64,000 nucleotides of DNA. Source: Methanotrichaceae archaeon (GTDB taxonomy: Archaea; Halobacteriota; Methanosarcinia; Methanotrichales; Methanotrichaceae). The stretch spans positions 97,383 through 161,382 of the forward strand of contig CAWDLW010000018.1 in assembly GCA_963803145.1 (NCBI GenBank), in the 5' to 3' direction. Positions 40,989 through 52,064 of the stretch are shown one piece after another. The notes under the pieces are model-generated. The model was not told where the DNA came from. It searched no databases and saw only the letters and a program-made list of their open reading frames with translations. The translations under genes and the position numbers were made by a program. Position 1 is the stretch's first letter, and each line of letters begins with the position of its first letter.

Positions 40989-43404
40989 GTTAAAATCCCA
41001 TCCGGATAAACTCCTGGTGGACCATCTTCATCGAGTCGGAGAGTTAAGCAAAAAAACCGTAGCGGATAAGTCTCTGAACATAGATGATGCAGACCTTTTG
41101 AAAGATGCGGCATACCTTATAGGAATCACTCATGATCTCGGAAAGGCCACACGTTTTTTCCAGGATTACATCACGGAGACGGATGAAAAGAAGAAAAAAT
41201 CGCTCAAAGCTAAGGATACCACTCATCATGGTCTGCTTTCGGCATTTTTTACCTATGCAGTGATTAAGGAATATTTGAGCCAGACGGAACGGAAAGGCGG
41301 ACTCGCTGAGTATTTGCCCATCTTATCTTTCCTGGCCGTGAAGAGACACCACGGAAATCTGCAAAATGCAATGGATGAAATCAAGGATACAGACACTGAT
41401 AAAGAAAAAATCTTGAAGATCGCCGATGAGCAGATTAAATCGATTGACAGAGCTGAGATGGGTGAAATTCTGTCGCATCTCCTGTCCCTAGAAAACATCA
41501 ACTTAAAAATCGATGTGGATAATGTCACCAATTATATCCTAAAGGATTCCATAAAAGATATTCGCAGAAAGGAGAAATCCTTAGTTAGAGGCTTGAGCGA
41601 AAAAAGCGATCTTTACCCGTATTTTATATCTCAGTTTCTTTACTCCGCTCTCTTAGATGCTGACAAGATGGATGCGGGATTAGACGGAATCAATCTGGAC
41701 CGCTTGGACCTTTCATCGAAGCTCGTGGATGAATACAGAGATTCGAAAGGCTTCTCATCCAACAAGAACAATATCAACAGCCTCAGGAATCAGATCTACG
41801 AAGAAGCTGTGGAGAGGATCAAAAACTGGAACTTGGACGATAAGATCCTCTCCCTGAATGTTCCCACAGGCACGGGCAAGACTCTAACGGCTCTTTCCAT
41901 ATCGCTGAAGCTGAGAGATCGATTGGAGAACGAGCGAAAAATAAAGCCCAGAATTATCTATGCACTACCGTTCCTGAGCATAATTGATCAAAATTATGGA
42001 GTCTTTGAGGATGTTGTATCTCCAAATGGAGAAGATCCCAAGGATTCCAGACTCCTACTCAAACACCACCATCTTGCGGATGTGAAATACGAGATTGAAG
42101 ATAACGAGTTCGATGTGGATAAGAGCAAACTGCTCCTGGAGGGCTGGAATGCGGAGATAATAGTAACCACCTTCTGGCAGCTCTTTAATACGCTCTTCTC
42201 AAACAGAAACAAGCAGCTTCGCAAGTTCAACAAGCTTGCAAACTCCATTATCATTCTAGACGAAGTCCAGGCCGTACCTCACCAATACTGGCAGTTGATA
42301 CACGACGCACTAAATCTGCTTCGCGAGAAGTTCAATAGCTACGTTGTATTCATGACTGCAACCCAGCCGCTCATCTTCGAAGAGGACAAAGGAGAAATTA
42401 AGGAGATAGCCCAAAGAAAAGAGGATTACTTCCGGGGCTTGAATAGAATTGAGCTAATACCAAGAATCGATAGGACACTAACATTGGACGAATTCAAAGC
42501 CTTGCTGAATAATGATTTAGCCCAAAAGAAAGAAAAGGATTTCCTGATCGTTCTCAACACGATAGGCTCGGCTCAAGAGATTTACAGATTCATTCAAGGC
42601 TTGCAGCTGGAGAACACTAAAAAGATGTTCCTCTCTACAAATGTAATACCTAAAGTGAGGCTGAACCGGATAAATGAGATAAGAGAATCCAATGAATCGC
42701 CAAGAAAGAGGAGAGTCATTATCAGTACCCAGCTAATCGAAGCTGGTGTGGATATTGATGCGGATGTAGTTTATAGGGACTTTGCTCCCTTGGATTCCAT
42801 CAACCAGGTGGCGGGCAGATGTAATAGAAACTCTGCCAAAGATGACAAAGGCACGGTATCGATTTTCATTTTGAAGGATGATAAAAAGGAATTTTATAAA
42901 TATATCTATGATCCCTTCTTGATTAGCAAGACTCTGGCCATTCTGAGGCCAAATGAGCCAATCAAAGAATCAGAATTCTTGGAACTAAATAATAGATATT
43001 TCAAAGCCGTGAAGAGGGGAATGGGCGAGAAGGAGTCGAAGGATAATTTAGATTGCATTGCAGGTTTAGCATTTAAGGATTTGAGTGAGAACTTCAAGCT
43101 GATCGAACAAGATTATTCCAAAGTTGATGTTTTTGTAGAAATAGATGATAAAGCTTCAGAGATCTGGAAGCAATACCAAGATATGCAGATGGAGAAAAAT
43201 AACATCGAGAGAACGAAAAAATATCTGAGAATAAAGAAAGATATCAGCGAGTATGTAATTTCTGTTCCTGAGAAATATGCACATTCCCTGGTCGACGAAA
43301 ATTCCGATATCGGTTACATCTCAAGGCTTGAGCTTCCCAATTACTATGATACTGAGACTGGTTTCATGCGTGCAGGCGCCGGTGAAGGCTCTATGATTTT
43401 CTGA
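40954..43404 (+). CDS. cas3: Cas3 HD nuclease-helicase
   Basis: HL..V, HDLGK, PTGTGKT, LDEVQ, MTAT, STQLIEAGVDID and QVAGRCNR motifs. Confidence 0.96.
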   Translation: MANESSESSSFRLKSHPDKLLVDHLHRVGELSKKTVADKSLNIDDADLLKDAAYLIGITHDLGKATRFFQDYITETDEKKKKSLKAKDTTHHGLLSAFFTYAVIKEYLSQTERKGGLAEYLPILSFLAVKRHHGNLQNAMDEIKDTDTDKEKILKIADEQIKSIDRAEMGEILSHLLSLENINLKIDVDNVTNYILKDSIKDIRRKEKSLVRGLSEKSDLYPYFISQFLYSALLDADKMDAGLDGINLDRLDLSSKLVDEYRDSKGFSSNKNNINSLRNQIYEEAVERIKNWNLDDKILSLNVPTGTGKTLTALSISLKLRDRLENERKIKPRIIYALPFLSIIDQNYGVFEDVVSPNGEDPKDSRLLLKHHHLADVKYEIEDNEFDVDKSKLLLEGWNAEIIVTTFWQLFNTLFSNRNKQLRKFNKLANSIIILDEVQAVPHQYWQLIHDALNLLREKFNSYVVFMTATQPLIFEEDKGEIKEIAQRKEDYFRGLNRIELIPRIDRTLTLDEFKALLNNDLAQKKEKDFLIVLNTIGSAQEIYRFIQGLQLENTKKMFLSTNVIPKVRLNRINEIRESNESPRKRRVIISTQLIEAGVDIDADVVYRDFAPLDSINQVAGRCNRNSAKDDKGTVSIFILKDDKKEFYKYIYDPFLISKTLAILRPNEPIKESEFLELNNRYFKAVKRGMGEKESKDNLDCIAGLAFKDLSENFKLIEQDYSKVDVFVEIDDKASEIWKQYQDMQMEKNNIERTKKYLRIKKDISEYVISVPEKYAHSLVDENSDIGYISRLELPNYYDTETGFMRAGAGEGSMIF

Positions 43405-43415
43405 CCAGGAGGTTC

Positions 43416-44108
43416 ATGAAACTTAAGCTACTTCGTCTCACCCTCCAATCCGCCACTCCAATGCACGGCGACGCCTCGAAGCTTCGCGGCTTCTTCGCCA
43501 CCAGATTCAACGAATATGCCCTATTGCATCAGCACACAGCGGATAAGCTGATCTACAAGTACCCTCTAATCCAATACAAGATGCTTCAGGGCAAGCCCCT
43601 GGTGCTGGGGATCGATGAGGGCGCCGAGGTTCTAAAGGAGATCTACGACAAATTCGATGAGATAAAGATCGGTGAGAGCGAATATACAATCATGGAGCGC
43701 GGCGTGACCCTCAAATCAGAGGAGTTCGGCTGCTCCCAGGAGATCCTCAGCTACAGGTTTGTGACGCCCTGGCTTGCACTGAGCCAGGAGAATTACCCGA
43801 AATATTTGGAGGCATCCTGGGAGGAGAGAAAGGATCTGCTGAGGAGAATCCTGGTAGGAAACCTACTCTCAGCCTCTAAGGGACTAGGATACGTGGCCAC
43901 AGAGCAGATCAAGTTAGAGCTTGGAAGAATCCATGAGGAGATCTGCATGCTCAAAGGGACGAAGGTTACAGGAATACGAGGGGAGTTCACAACGAACTTT
44001 GCGGTACCGGACTTTATGGGTCTGGGGAAGTCTGTCTCAAGAGGCTTTGGAGCTGTTATACGGTTGAATAAAGAAGCGAGTGCTGTTTTTACGCCAAAAG
44101 ATCATTAG
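43416..44108 (+). CDS. cas6: Cas6 (Cas6b-like) endoribonuclease, copy 1
   Basis: LRGFFA..LLHQH..YKYPLIQYK and the G-rich loop GLGKSVSRGFG. Confidence 0.92.
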   Translation: MKLKLLRLTLQSATPMHGDASKLRGFFATRFNEYALLHQHTADKLIYKYPLIQYKMLQGKPLVLGIDEGAEVLKEIYDKFDEIKIGESEYTIMERGVTLKSEEFGCSQEILSYRFVTPWLALSQENYPKYLEASWEERKDLLRRILVGNLLSASKGLGYVATEQIKLELGRIHEEICMLKGTKVTGIRGEFTTNFAVPDFMGLGKSVSRGFGAVIRLNKEASAVFTPKDH

Positions 44109-44230
44109 CTCGGCCACTCGGCAGGAATGAATTTATAAGAGATTTGATAAATTCCACTCATGCCGGAAGGAGGGTGAGATAAGGCCGGTTTGAGACCCAG
44201 AAACAGGGAAAAGGACGAAAATTCGGCGCT
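44109..44230 (+). promoter_or_regulatory. CRISPR leader 1
   Basis: Lies between cas6 and the first repeat; TTTATAAG TATA near 44132; near-identical to 57276-57397. Confidence 0.85.
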
Positions 44231-47200
44231 CATCGAGAGCTAATTCCACGAAAACAAGGATTGAAACACAGTCCATCCTTCAAATCCATTCAGCTCGGAT
44301 AGGCATCGAGAGCTAATTCCACGAAAACAAGGATTGAAACTAGAAAGATGGGATACCAGAATTGCACAAACTGTAATCATCGAGAGCTAATTCCACGAAA
44401 ACAAGGATTGAAACCGCTTCATCACTTTATAAACGTTTTGGTATATTCCACATCGAGAGCTAATTCCACGAAAACAAGGATTGAAACGCGAGCTTACGGG
44501 GCCATATATCTTGCGCAGATATACATCGAGAGCTAATTCCACGAAAACAAGGATTGAAACTTCAGATGCTCATATCCATGCAGCCAACTATATCAGCATC
44601 GAGAGCTAATTCCACGAAAACAAGGATTGAAACAAGTCCATAGGCAAGAGGCCTGAAGAGCCTGAGGCATCGAGAGCTAATTCCACGAAAACAAGGATTG
44701 AAACTAAGCTATACGGCCCGAATCCCACGCTCGATAATCATCGAGAGCTAATTCCACGAAAACAAGGATTGAAACTGAGGTGTTTATGAGAGGCTATCCA
44801 CGAGGTCCCCTCATCGAGAGCTAATTCCACGAAAACAAGGATTGAAACCTACAAAGCTTCTGATAGCCGCAGGTCAGATGATAGGCCATCGAGAGCTAAT
44901 TCCACGAAAACAAGGATTGAAACACAAGCATGTGAGAGGGGGAAATTAAGGTTCTGCGATCATCGAGAGCTAATTCCACGAAAACAAGGATTGAAACACA
45001 TTGGCTCGATCACAGGGCATCTTGATCACCTTGCATCGAGAGCTAATTCCACGAAAACAAGGATTGAAACTAGTTATCTGAAGTGGGTGTACCGCGAAAG
45101 TAATACTCATCGAGAGCTAATTCCACGAAAACAAGGATTGAAACTAGATCCTGCCTATAAGAGGATAGATAGCAATGGAACATCGAGAGCTAATTCCACG
45201 AAAACAAGGATTGAAACTCCAAAATTCCCTGCCTGACATGAAAGTCAAATGCACATCGAGAGCTAATTCCACGAAAACAAGGATTGAAACTGTAGAAATA
45301 TGAAAATCTGAGGGAGTGGCATGGGAGCATCGAGAGCTAATTCCACGAAAACAAGGATTGAAACGATAAAGCATCAATGCTGCTAACAGCAGCTGTGTAT
45401 GCATCGAGAGCTAATTCCACGAAAACAAGGATTGAAACTTCAATGCAGCTGTCCAAGGATAATTGAATCCCCCATCATCGAGAGCTAATTCCACGAAAAC
45501 AAGGATTGAAACTAGGGTCCATCGGCATAGCGGCATCAAACGATTTCCATCGAGAGCTAATTCCACGAAAACAAGGATTGAAACATGATATGCGCTGCAT
45601 TGATGGCCTTCAATAGGAAGCATCGAGAGCTAATTCCACGAAAACAAGGATTGAAACCCAGTTATGTTGATCCCAATACGACAACTTATAATGCATCGAG
45701 AGCTAATTCCACGAAAACAAGGATTGAAACTAATAGGTAGGATTCAATCGAACGGTTTTTCCGCATCGAGAGCTAATTCCACGAAAACAAGGATTGAAAC
45801 ACTATTATACTCGCAAAGGCCAACATGCTTATCTTTCCATCGAGAGCTAATTCCACGAAAACAAGGATTGAAACATATTGTAGCTGGTAGTAATCCTCCG
45901 GCATGGCGTTCATCGAGAGCTAATTCCACGAAAACAAGGATTGAAACGAGGATGTGAATTGAGATGGAGGCAGTTATATTTCTCATCGAGAGCTAATTCC
46001 ACGAAAACAAGGATTGAAACCAATAGTCGAAAACGATATAATAATATTTGATATAGACATCGAGAGCTAATTCCACGAAAACAAGGATTGAAACATGGGG
46101 GTAGGAAAACGGAGAACGACTCAAAATATCCATCGAGAGCTAATTCCACGAAAACAAGGATTGAAACTGAACCTGGCGCTTTCGAGCGGTCCTATTAGCC
46201 TCAGTCATCGAGAGCTAATTCCACGAAAACAAGGATTGAAACTGCTATATAAACCGCCAAGCACCACAATGTATCCTTCATCGAGAGCTAATTCCACGAA
46301 AACAAGGATTGAAACGCTCTCTTATCATGATTCCACGTCCCCACCTTAAACATCGAGAGCTAATTCCACGAAAACAAGGATTGAAACAAGGTGATCATCA
46401 AAGATGTATCAGAGCATCTATAAGCATCGAGAGCTAATTCCACGAAAACAAGGATTGAAACTGAGAATCCTGAAGACATAGAAACTGATATTCGACATCG
46501 AGAGCTAATTCCACGAAAACAAGGATTGAAACTTGGTACTATCAGCAAATCTCCATGTCTGTACATCTTATTCATCGAGAGCTAATTCCACGAAAACAAG
46601 GATTGAAACCTCTTACAAATCCATCGGAGATTGAAACTGGTGTATTCATCGAGAGCTAATTCCACGAAAACAAGGATTGAAACTCGACTTCCTCTAGGCG
46701 ATCCATCAAATCGCATAAGCATCGAGAGCTAATTCCACGAAAACAAGGATTGAAACTAGAAATGGCCTCTTTGCCCAAAAGGCGTGCTAGCCATCGAGAG
46801 CTAATTCCACGAAAACAAGGATTGAAACGTTCCCATATACAACGAATAATATAGAAGTGAAAATCATCGAGAGCTAATTCCACGAAAACAAGGATTGAAA
46901 CGTGAACGTGATCGCGTGATGCCTCGCACCCTTGGCCTTGACATCGAGAGCTAATTCCACGAAAACAAGGATTGAAACTCGGTTTAAGTCCGCTCGCCTG
47001 CCGGGCGGAACGAAACATCGAGAGCTAATTCCACGAAAACAAGGATTGAAACTATATCTGTAGAAACTGAACTTGATGTGAACATTGCCGCACATCGAGA
47101 GCTAATTCCACGAAAACAAGGATTGAAACAGGGATCAAATACTTCTTTAGCTGCTCCGCTCGAAGGGATCGAGAGCTACTTCCACGAAAACAAGGATTGA

Positions 47201-47497
47201 AACCACATGAACCTTGCAGATATCGTAGATGTGACTTGGTCCGAGTGCAACTTTCAGGAAAACAAGAATTGAAATCCAAGAGTGCCTACGGCTGAGGAAT
47301 GGACGATAGCCAGATCCGTGAGCAAATTCCATGAAAACAAGGATTGAAACATTACGTTCCCATTCTTTACCCCTATCCTTGCCATATGTTTGAGAGCTGC
47401 TTCCAGGAAAACAAGGATTGAAACTAATCTAGAGGTGCGGATTGAGTCACGCCGATGAGAAGATTGCGAGCTACTTCCACAAAAGAGGGAGTAAAAC
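44231..47497 (+). CRISPR. CRISPR array 1: 41 intact 37-bp repeats plus 4 degenerate trailer repeats
   Basis: Repeat CATCGAGAGCTAATTCCACGAAAACAAGGATTGAAAC occurs 40 times, with one variant at 47167. Degenerate copies at 47239, 47314, 47388 and 47461. The ATTGAAAC 3' end fixes the + orientation. Counted by hand. Confidence 0.97.
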
Positions 47498-47611
47498 AGC
47501 CTAAAGGCTAAATATGATGCAGCCATAGGTAAAAACCTTTAACCTTAAATCTATAGTTTAGGCCATCAAATGATCAAAGCTGAGATGAGCAAAGGTTATT
47601 GAGCCGAGGAT

Positions 47612-47893
47612 ATGCCATATATCATTATTTACCTACCAAAGGCTGAGAAATACCTAGTTGGCCTTGATGATAAGAACTATGCCCGCATAAAGGAAAGCGT
47701 TGCAGAGATTAAGAAAAATCCATATCGTCCAAGGCCCAAAGCTGATATCATAAAACTAGGCGGCTTTAGCTATGCTCCGATGTATCGACTTAGGGTCGGA
47801 AGACATAGGCTAGAATACTTCGTTGATAATAAGGATAAAACAATAACAGTAACAGATGCATTCTTGAGATCGAGCGATTCAGATTACCGATGA
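47612..47893 (+). CDS. RelE/ParE family toxin
   Basis: AEKYL..LD...RI...NPYRPRPKADIIKL...YRLRVGRHR. Confidence 0.85.
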   Translation: MPYIIIYLPKAEKYLVGLDDKNYARIKESVAEIKKNPYRPRPKADIIKLGGFSYAPMYRLRVGRHRLEYFVDNKDKTITVTDAFLRSSDSDYR

Positions 47894-47936
47894 GAGTAAA
47901 TATCAATACAGTTAAAATAGGAATGGTGGTTATTAA

Positions 47937-48089
47937 ATGGCTGCTACTGAAGCTACAAAAGAGCAGATAGAGGAAATAGACTATTCTGAGGCGGCCTATG
48001 TTGATTCCCAATACGAGTACTATCTAAAGAACAAGGATAAGGGAATCACCGAGGAAGAATTGGAGAGAAAGCGAGCCGCTAAGCATTGA
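47937..48089 (+). CDS. Putative antitoxin (50 aa, acidic)
   Basis: MAATEATKEQIEEIDYSEAAYVDSQYEYYLKNKDKGITEEELERKRAAKH*, directly after relE with a GGTGGT RBS. Confidence 0.6.
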   Translation: MAATEATKEQIEEIDYSEAAYVDSQYEYYLKNKDKGITEEELERKRAAKH

Positions 48090-48130
48090 ATTTTTTAATC
48101 TAAACAGAACTTTCCGGTCATTCTACAGTT

Positions 48131-48340
48131 ATGTATGCCATCGAGATCTTTTACAGCGAGGAGGATGAAGGATTTATCGCTACTATGCCGGAACTGCCAG
48201 GTTGCTCTGCATTTGGCAAGACTGCTGAGGATTCCTTGAAGGAGGTTAAGATTGCCATGCAGCTATGGCTTGAGACTGCCAAAGAGATAGGTTGGGAAAT
48301 ACCCGTCCCTCAAAAACGCCGCCTTGTGGCAGAGATATAA
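48131..48340 (+). CDS. HicB family antitoxin (orphan)
   Basis: YSEEDEGFIATMPELPGCSAFGKT. Confidence 0.88.
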   Translation: MYAIEIFYSEEDEGFIATMPELPGCSAFGKTAEDSLKEVKIAMQLWLETAKEIGWEIPVPQKRRLVAEI

Positions 48341-48384
48341 AGGGAAACAGGGGGCTTCATAGCTTATATGATTGAGCGCAGTGG

Positions 48385-48432
48385 CCTGATGAAGAACTCT
48401 GGGACGATGATTATGCCAGGAGGTTAAGATGA
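48385..48432 (+). pseudogene. C-terminal remnant of a DUF4258-like toxin
   Basis: PDEELWDDDYARRLR* overlaps the start of the YgiT-type gene. Confidence 0.5.
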
Positions 48433-48680
48433 CCGAAATATGCCCTTGCTGCGGCGGCAAAACACGCGCAGGCTATATGGAAACGGAGTACCGTTTAGAG
48501 AATAATTCCATCCTAGTTGTAAAGCAAGTTCCTGCTGATATATGCGATATTTGCGGCGAAGCTCTGCTATCACCTGATACGGTGGAAAGGATCGATAAAA
48601 TTATAGAGAAGTACCGAGCTGGAACACTTGCCGTAAAACCTTTGATGGCTGGCGAAATAGCATTGGAATCAAACGCTTAA
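48429..48680 (+). CDS. YgiT/MqsA-type zinc finger antitoxin
   Basis: CPCCGG...VKQVPADICDICGE. Confidence 0.85.
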   Translation: MTEICPCCGGKTRAGYMETEYRLENNSILVVKQVPADICDICGEALLSPDTVERIDKIIEKYRAGTLAVKPLMAGEIALESNA

Positions 48681-48807
48681 ACTATTTTTTCTGGCATTAT
48701 ATGCCGCCAGCCGATGCGCAGGGATACATAAAGGCTCGAATCCGCTTTGGTTTGGCAAATATTTAACGACAAGGTCGGATTATTATTTAACTCTTTAATT
48801 TAATAAT

Positions 48808-48839
48808 ATCCGAGAGCTAATTCCACGAAAACAAGGATT
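48808..48839 (+). repeat. Solitary CRISPR repeat (3' truncated)
   Basis: ATCCGAGAGCTAATTCCACGAAAACAAGGATT, lacking the final GAAAC. Confidence 0.88.
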
Positions 48840-48956
48840 CCAATTGATATCTTTACTATGGCGCCCATCAGTGTTTCGACGTTGGAACCAGCACGACGAT
48901 AACTGAATATATTCCTATGTACATAATTTTACCGTAAGGCTCTAACCGTCTTCCTT

Positions 48957-49850
48957 CTAAATCCCCGCCTCCTCGCCCATCAGCCTCTCCGCCATCTCAT
49001 ACTCCTCCGACAGATCTATCCCCAAGTCCATCCCCGGCTCGAACTGCTTGAACCCAGCGTACATTATGCAGACGAGCTGCAGAGCCGTAAAGGCTCCAGG
49101 CAACGATCTAAGGATATGTCTGGCTGAATGGTCGTTGATATCCAGCCCGTGCCTTCCAAGCATACCGATCTCGAAAGATATGTCCTTAATCTCCTCCAGG
49201 GACTTACCTTTAAAGATCCGCAAGGCATCCAATAGGTAAAAGACGGCATCCATCCTCGGCCCAGTGGACTTGAACTCCTTGGCAGCGATCTCACGAAGCC
49301 CGTCCCTGGCCAGGCGGAGGAGGCTCTCTGGGACATCCATCTCTAGAAGCTTATTGAAGTAGCTCCCTGCCTGCTCAAAGTCGCCTAGCGCCTTGTAGGC
49401 AAAGGCGAGACCGTAAACGGTTTGAGGGTCTTTCGGATTGATCTCGTAGGACCGGCGCAGATAGTAAAGAGCCTTCAGGCTGTCACCCTCCCTGCCGAAG
49501 ATGGCTCCGAGGTTCTTGAGGGCCACGGGGTTCTCGGGATCGGCGGCCAGAGCCATCATTGTGTACTCCTTGGCCTTCTTAAGATCGCTCATTTTCAGAT
49601 ATGCAACCCCAAGGGCTGTGTAGGCATGAGTATGCTTAGGAGCGAGCTGGATGCATCGGTACAGCAGTTCGACGCCCTTTTCGAGCTGGCCCAGATCGAC
49701 ATAGCAAAGGCCGAGGTTGTAAATGAGATCGATGTTACTGGGGTCTTCCTCCAGAAGCTCCTCTAGGTATATCCTGGCTTCATCGAGCCTGCCGGACTGT
49801 ATGAGCTGCAGGGCTTCATCGAAGTGGTCTGCCATCCGCAAGTAGATCAA
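48957..49850 (-). CDS. TPR repeat protein
   Basis: About five TPR units (YNLGLCY, AYTALGVAY, ALKNLGAI) plus a C-terminal domain. Confidence 0.85.
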   Translation of the reverse strand: MIYLRMADHFDEALQLIQSGRLDEARIYLEELLEEDPSNIDLIYNLGLCYVDLGQLEKGVELLYRCIQLAPKHTHAYTALGVAYLKMSDLKKAKEYTMMALAADPENPVALKNLGAIFGREGDSLKALYYLRRSYEINPKDPQTVYGLAFAYKALGDFEQAGSYFNKLLEMDVPESLLRLARDGLREIAAKEFKSTGPRMDAVFYLLDALRIFKGKSLEEIKDISFEIGMLGRHGLDINDHSARHILRSLPGAFTALQLVCIMYAGFKQFEPGMDLGIDLSEEYEMAERLMGEEAGI

Positions 49851-49921
49851 TCCGCAATTATTAAAATGATTGCTCCCCTCATTAGTGATAAGTAGCCAAC
49901 GAATCTAGAGCGCTCTATAAA

Positions 49922-51025
49922 CTAGGGCTCCATACCCTCCAGATCTCTCCTCGCCTCCACCTGCCCCCTCGCCAGCCGTATAGCCTCATGCAGCTTAGCC
50001 TCCAGAAGCTTCTTGGGAAGCATCTTCACCAGGTATTCAGCCACCCTGATCTCCCCCTGGTCCAGCTGCAGAAGCTCAATTTGCTCCTGGTCCTTTTCGC
50101 TGCACAATATAAGCCCTATAGGCTGCTCCTCTCCCTGGCGCCGTTCATACTTATCCAGCCATCTTAGGTATAGCTCCATCTGACCCTTGTAGCTCGCATC
50201 GAAGCTGCCCAGCTTTAACTCAATGGCCACCAGGCGGCGCAATCCCCTATGATAGAAGAGCAGATCGAGGTAAAAGTCCCTGTCCCCGATGGACATGCGC
50301 TTCTGCCTGGCTATGAAAGAAAAGTCTGTGCCCAGCTCCAGCAGGAAGCGCTCCAACTCACGCAAAATGGCAGCCTCAAGATCGCTCTCACTGTAAGTAT
50401 CTTCCAATCCTAGAAAATCCAGCAGATAAGGATCTCTGAAGACGAGATCTGGAGTCATGCGGTCCTCATCCTGCAGGGCCTCGAGCTCCTGCCTGGCCAG
50501 CTCCTCAGGCTTGCGAGAAATGGCCGTCCTCTCGTATAGCATGCCCTGGATCTTCTTTCTAAGAGTCCGCACACTCCAGCGCTCCAACCTGGCCATCTCG
50601 GCGTAAAATTGACGTTGGAGAGGGTCCTCCATATGGATTATTTCAATGAAATGTGACCACGACAACAGTCCAGACAGTGTCTGGACTGTTTTGTAATCGA
50701 AAACATCAGAGAATAGAAGCATGTTAAATAGATTGCTGCGGCTAAATCCTCGCCCGTACTCGGCGGTCAGCTCATCGCTAACCAGCTCTACTACCTTAGC
50801 CCCGTATTCAGATCTGATTTCCTCCGGCAGCTCCTGTCCAATACGGCTCCCTATTCGCCAATATAGCAGGACCATCTCGGTGTTTACAGCCTGGGCAAGG
50901 CTGTAGCGTGACTTTTCGACCAAGGAGCGGACATCAGCGAGTAGCCGCTCAGAATCGATATTGCCAACAGATGGCAGTCCTTCCCTTTCTTGAAGATCTT
51001 TAGCCGTGGCATCACCGCCTGCCAA
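49922..51025 (-). CDS. YhcG/DUF1016 PD-(D/E)XK nuclease family protein
   Basis: LSWSHF, WSVRTL, DPYLLDFLGL, DLLFYHR..LVAIELK and YKGQMELYL motifs. Confidence 0.92.
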   Translation of the reverse strand: MAGGDATAKDLQEREGLPSVGNIDSERLLADVRSLVEKSRYSLAQAVNTEMVLLYWRIGSRIGQELPEEIRSEYGAKVVELVSDELTAEYGRGFSRSNLFNMLLFSDVFDYKTVQTLSGLLSWSHFIEIIHMEDPLQRQFYAEMARLERWSVRTLRKKIQGMLYERTAISRKPEELARQELEALQDEDRMTPDLVFRDPYLLDFLGLEDTYSESDLEAAILRELERFLLELGTDFSFIARQKRMSIGDRDFYLDLLFYHRGLRRLVAIELKLGSFDASYKGQMELYLRWLDKYERRQGEEQPIGLILCSEKDQEQIELLQLDQGEIRVAEYLVKMLPKKLLEAKLHEAIRLARGQVEARRDLEGMEP

Positions 51026-51501
51026 AGTCTGGTATCAATCCGAAGGCTTCTCTAGGGCGGTCCATCGTAAGTAAATAGACTGCTATTATTAAAATCGTTG
51101 TACTTGCGGCTTTTCAATCACCATATACACGAAAGTGGAGCTGCAAGCCTGGCCAGCCTTCAAGCCTCATCACTCCATACCCTTCTAATTTACATGGCTG
51201 GCGATCTTAATAGAAGGAGATTTACGGCTGCAGCAATAAGGCTTGCCCACAGAAGCATAGGGTCTACATATTATCTCACATGCTTTTTATTAAGCCAAAT
51301 CACTATGTAGCTCCTTTCTTGCCTCCAATGACATCTAGCCAGCCGTTTAGCCTCAATCAGTTAAGCCTACAGAAGCCACATAATGATAGATCTCAGCTCT
51401 TCCTTGGAGCATTATTTGCTGTGTTGCATAACTCAGGAACCATGATGGCGATTGGTATCGATTTCATTTATTTTACCCACAGCGCTACTAAGCTCCGTAG
51501 C

Positions 51502-51780
51502 CTATCGATTTCGGCGAGTTATGCAACACAGCATATCGAAGTGGAGTACAAGATCTAAGTAACCATTTCCATCTATAGGCGAAATGCTCAACCCATGCCT
51601 CAGTCTTATTGCTATCCACTCCTCGATAGCTTCTATGAGCGCCTTTCTGCACTCCTCAAAGGATTTACCTGTTGCCCATACACCCTCTAATCCTGGCACA
51701 TGAGCATAATAGGGCTCTGGGTTCTCAATAACCTCATATTCAGCCCTCGCTAAGGCGGCTGTGATATACTCCGTGAACAT
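51502..51780 (-). CDS. HicB family antitoxin (orphan, C-terminus possibly altered)
   Basis: YITAALARAEYE...YYAHVPGLEGVWATGKSFEECR. Confidence 0.8.
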   Translation of the reverse strand: MFTEYITAALARAEYEVIENPEPYYAHVPGLEGVWATGKSFEECRKALIEAIEEWIAIRLRHGLSISPIDGNGYLDLVLHFDMLCCITRRNR

Positions 51781-51945
51781 ATCACGATTTCATAGCGTTC
51801 TAAATGAATTTAACTTTATCCCCGGCATGAAGGCGCAGGATCTTCTCGCCTCAGAACTCAAGAGGATGAATTGGCTCAGATGTTGACGGAAAAGAAACCT
51901 AAGAAGGATCATTATGAGATGCCCCCATGCGAATCGAAGATTCAT

Positions 51946-51982
51946 ATCCGAGAGCTACTTCCATGAAAACAAGGATTGAAAC
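51946..51982 (+). repeat. Solitary full-length CRISPR repeat
   Basis: ATCCGAGAGCTACTTCCATGAAAACAAGGATTGAAAC (37 bp). Confidence 0.9.
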
Positions 51983-52064
51983 AAGCATTACGAAGGAACT
52001 ATGCAAAGATTGACTAAAAATGAATCAAGCGAAAAGAGCATAAGCATTTAACTTTTAGGAGTAT

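Noticed and set aside
46610-46646. Spacer containing an internal GATTGAAAC
   Set aside because: Normal spacer length and only 9 nt of similarity; probably chance.
44348-47526. Many ORF-track ORFs inside array 1 (and 57666-59224 in array 2)
   Set aside because: They are translations of CRISPR repeats (HRELIPRKQGLK, VSILVFVELALD), not genes.
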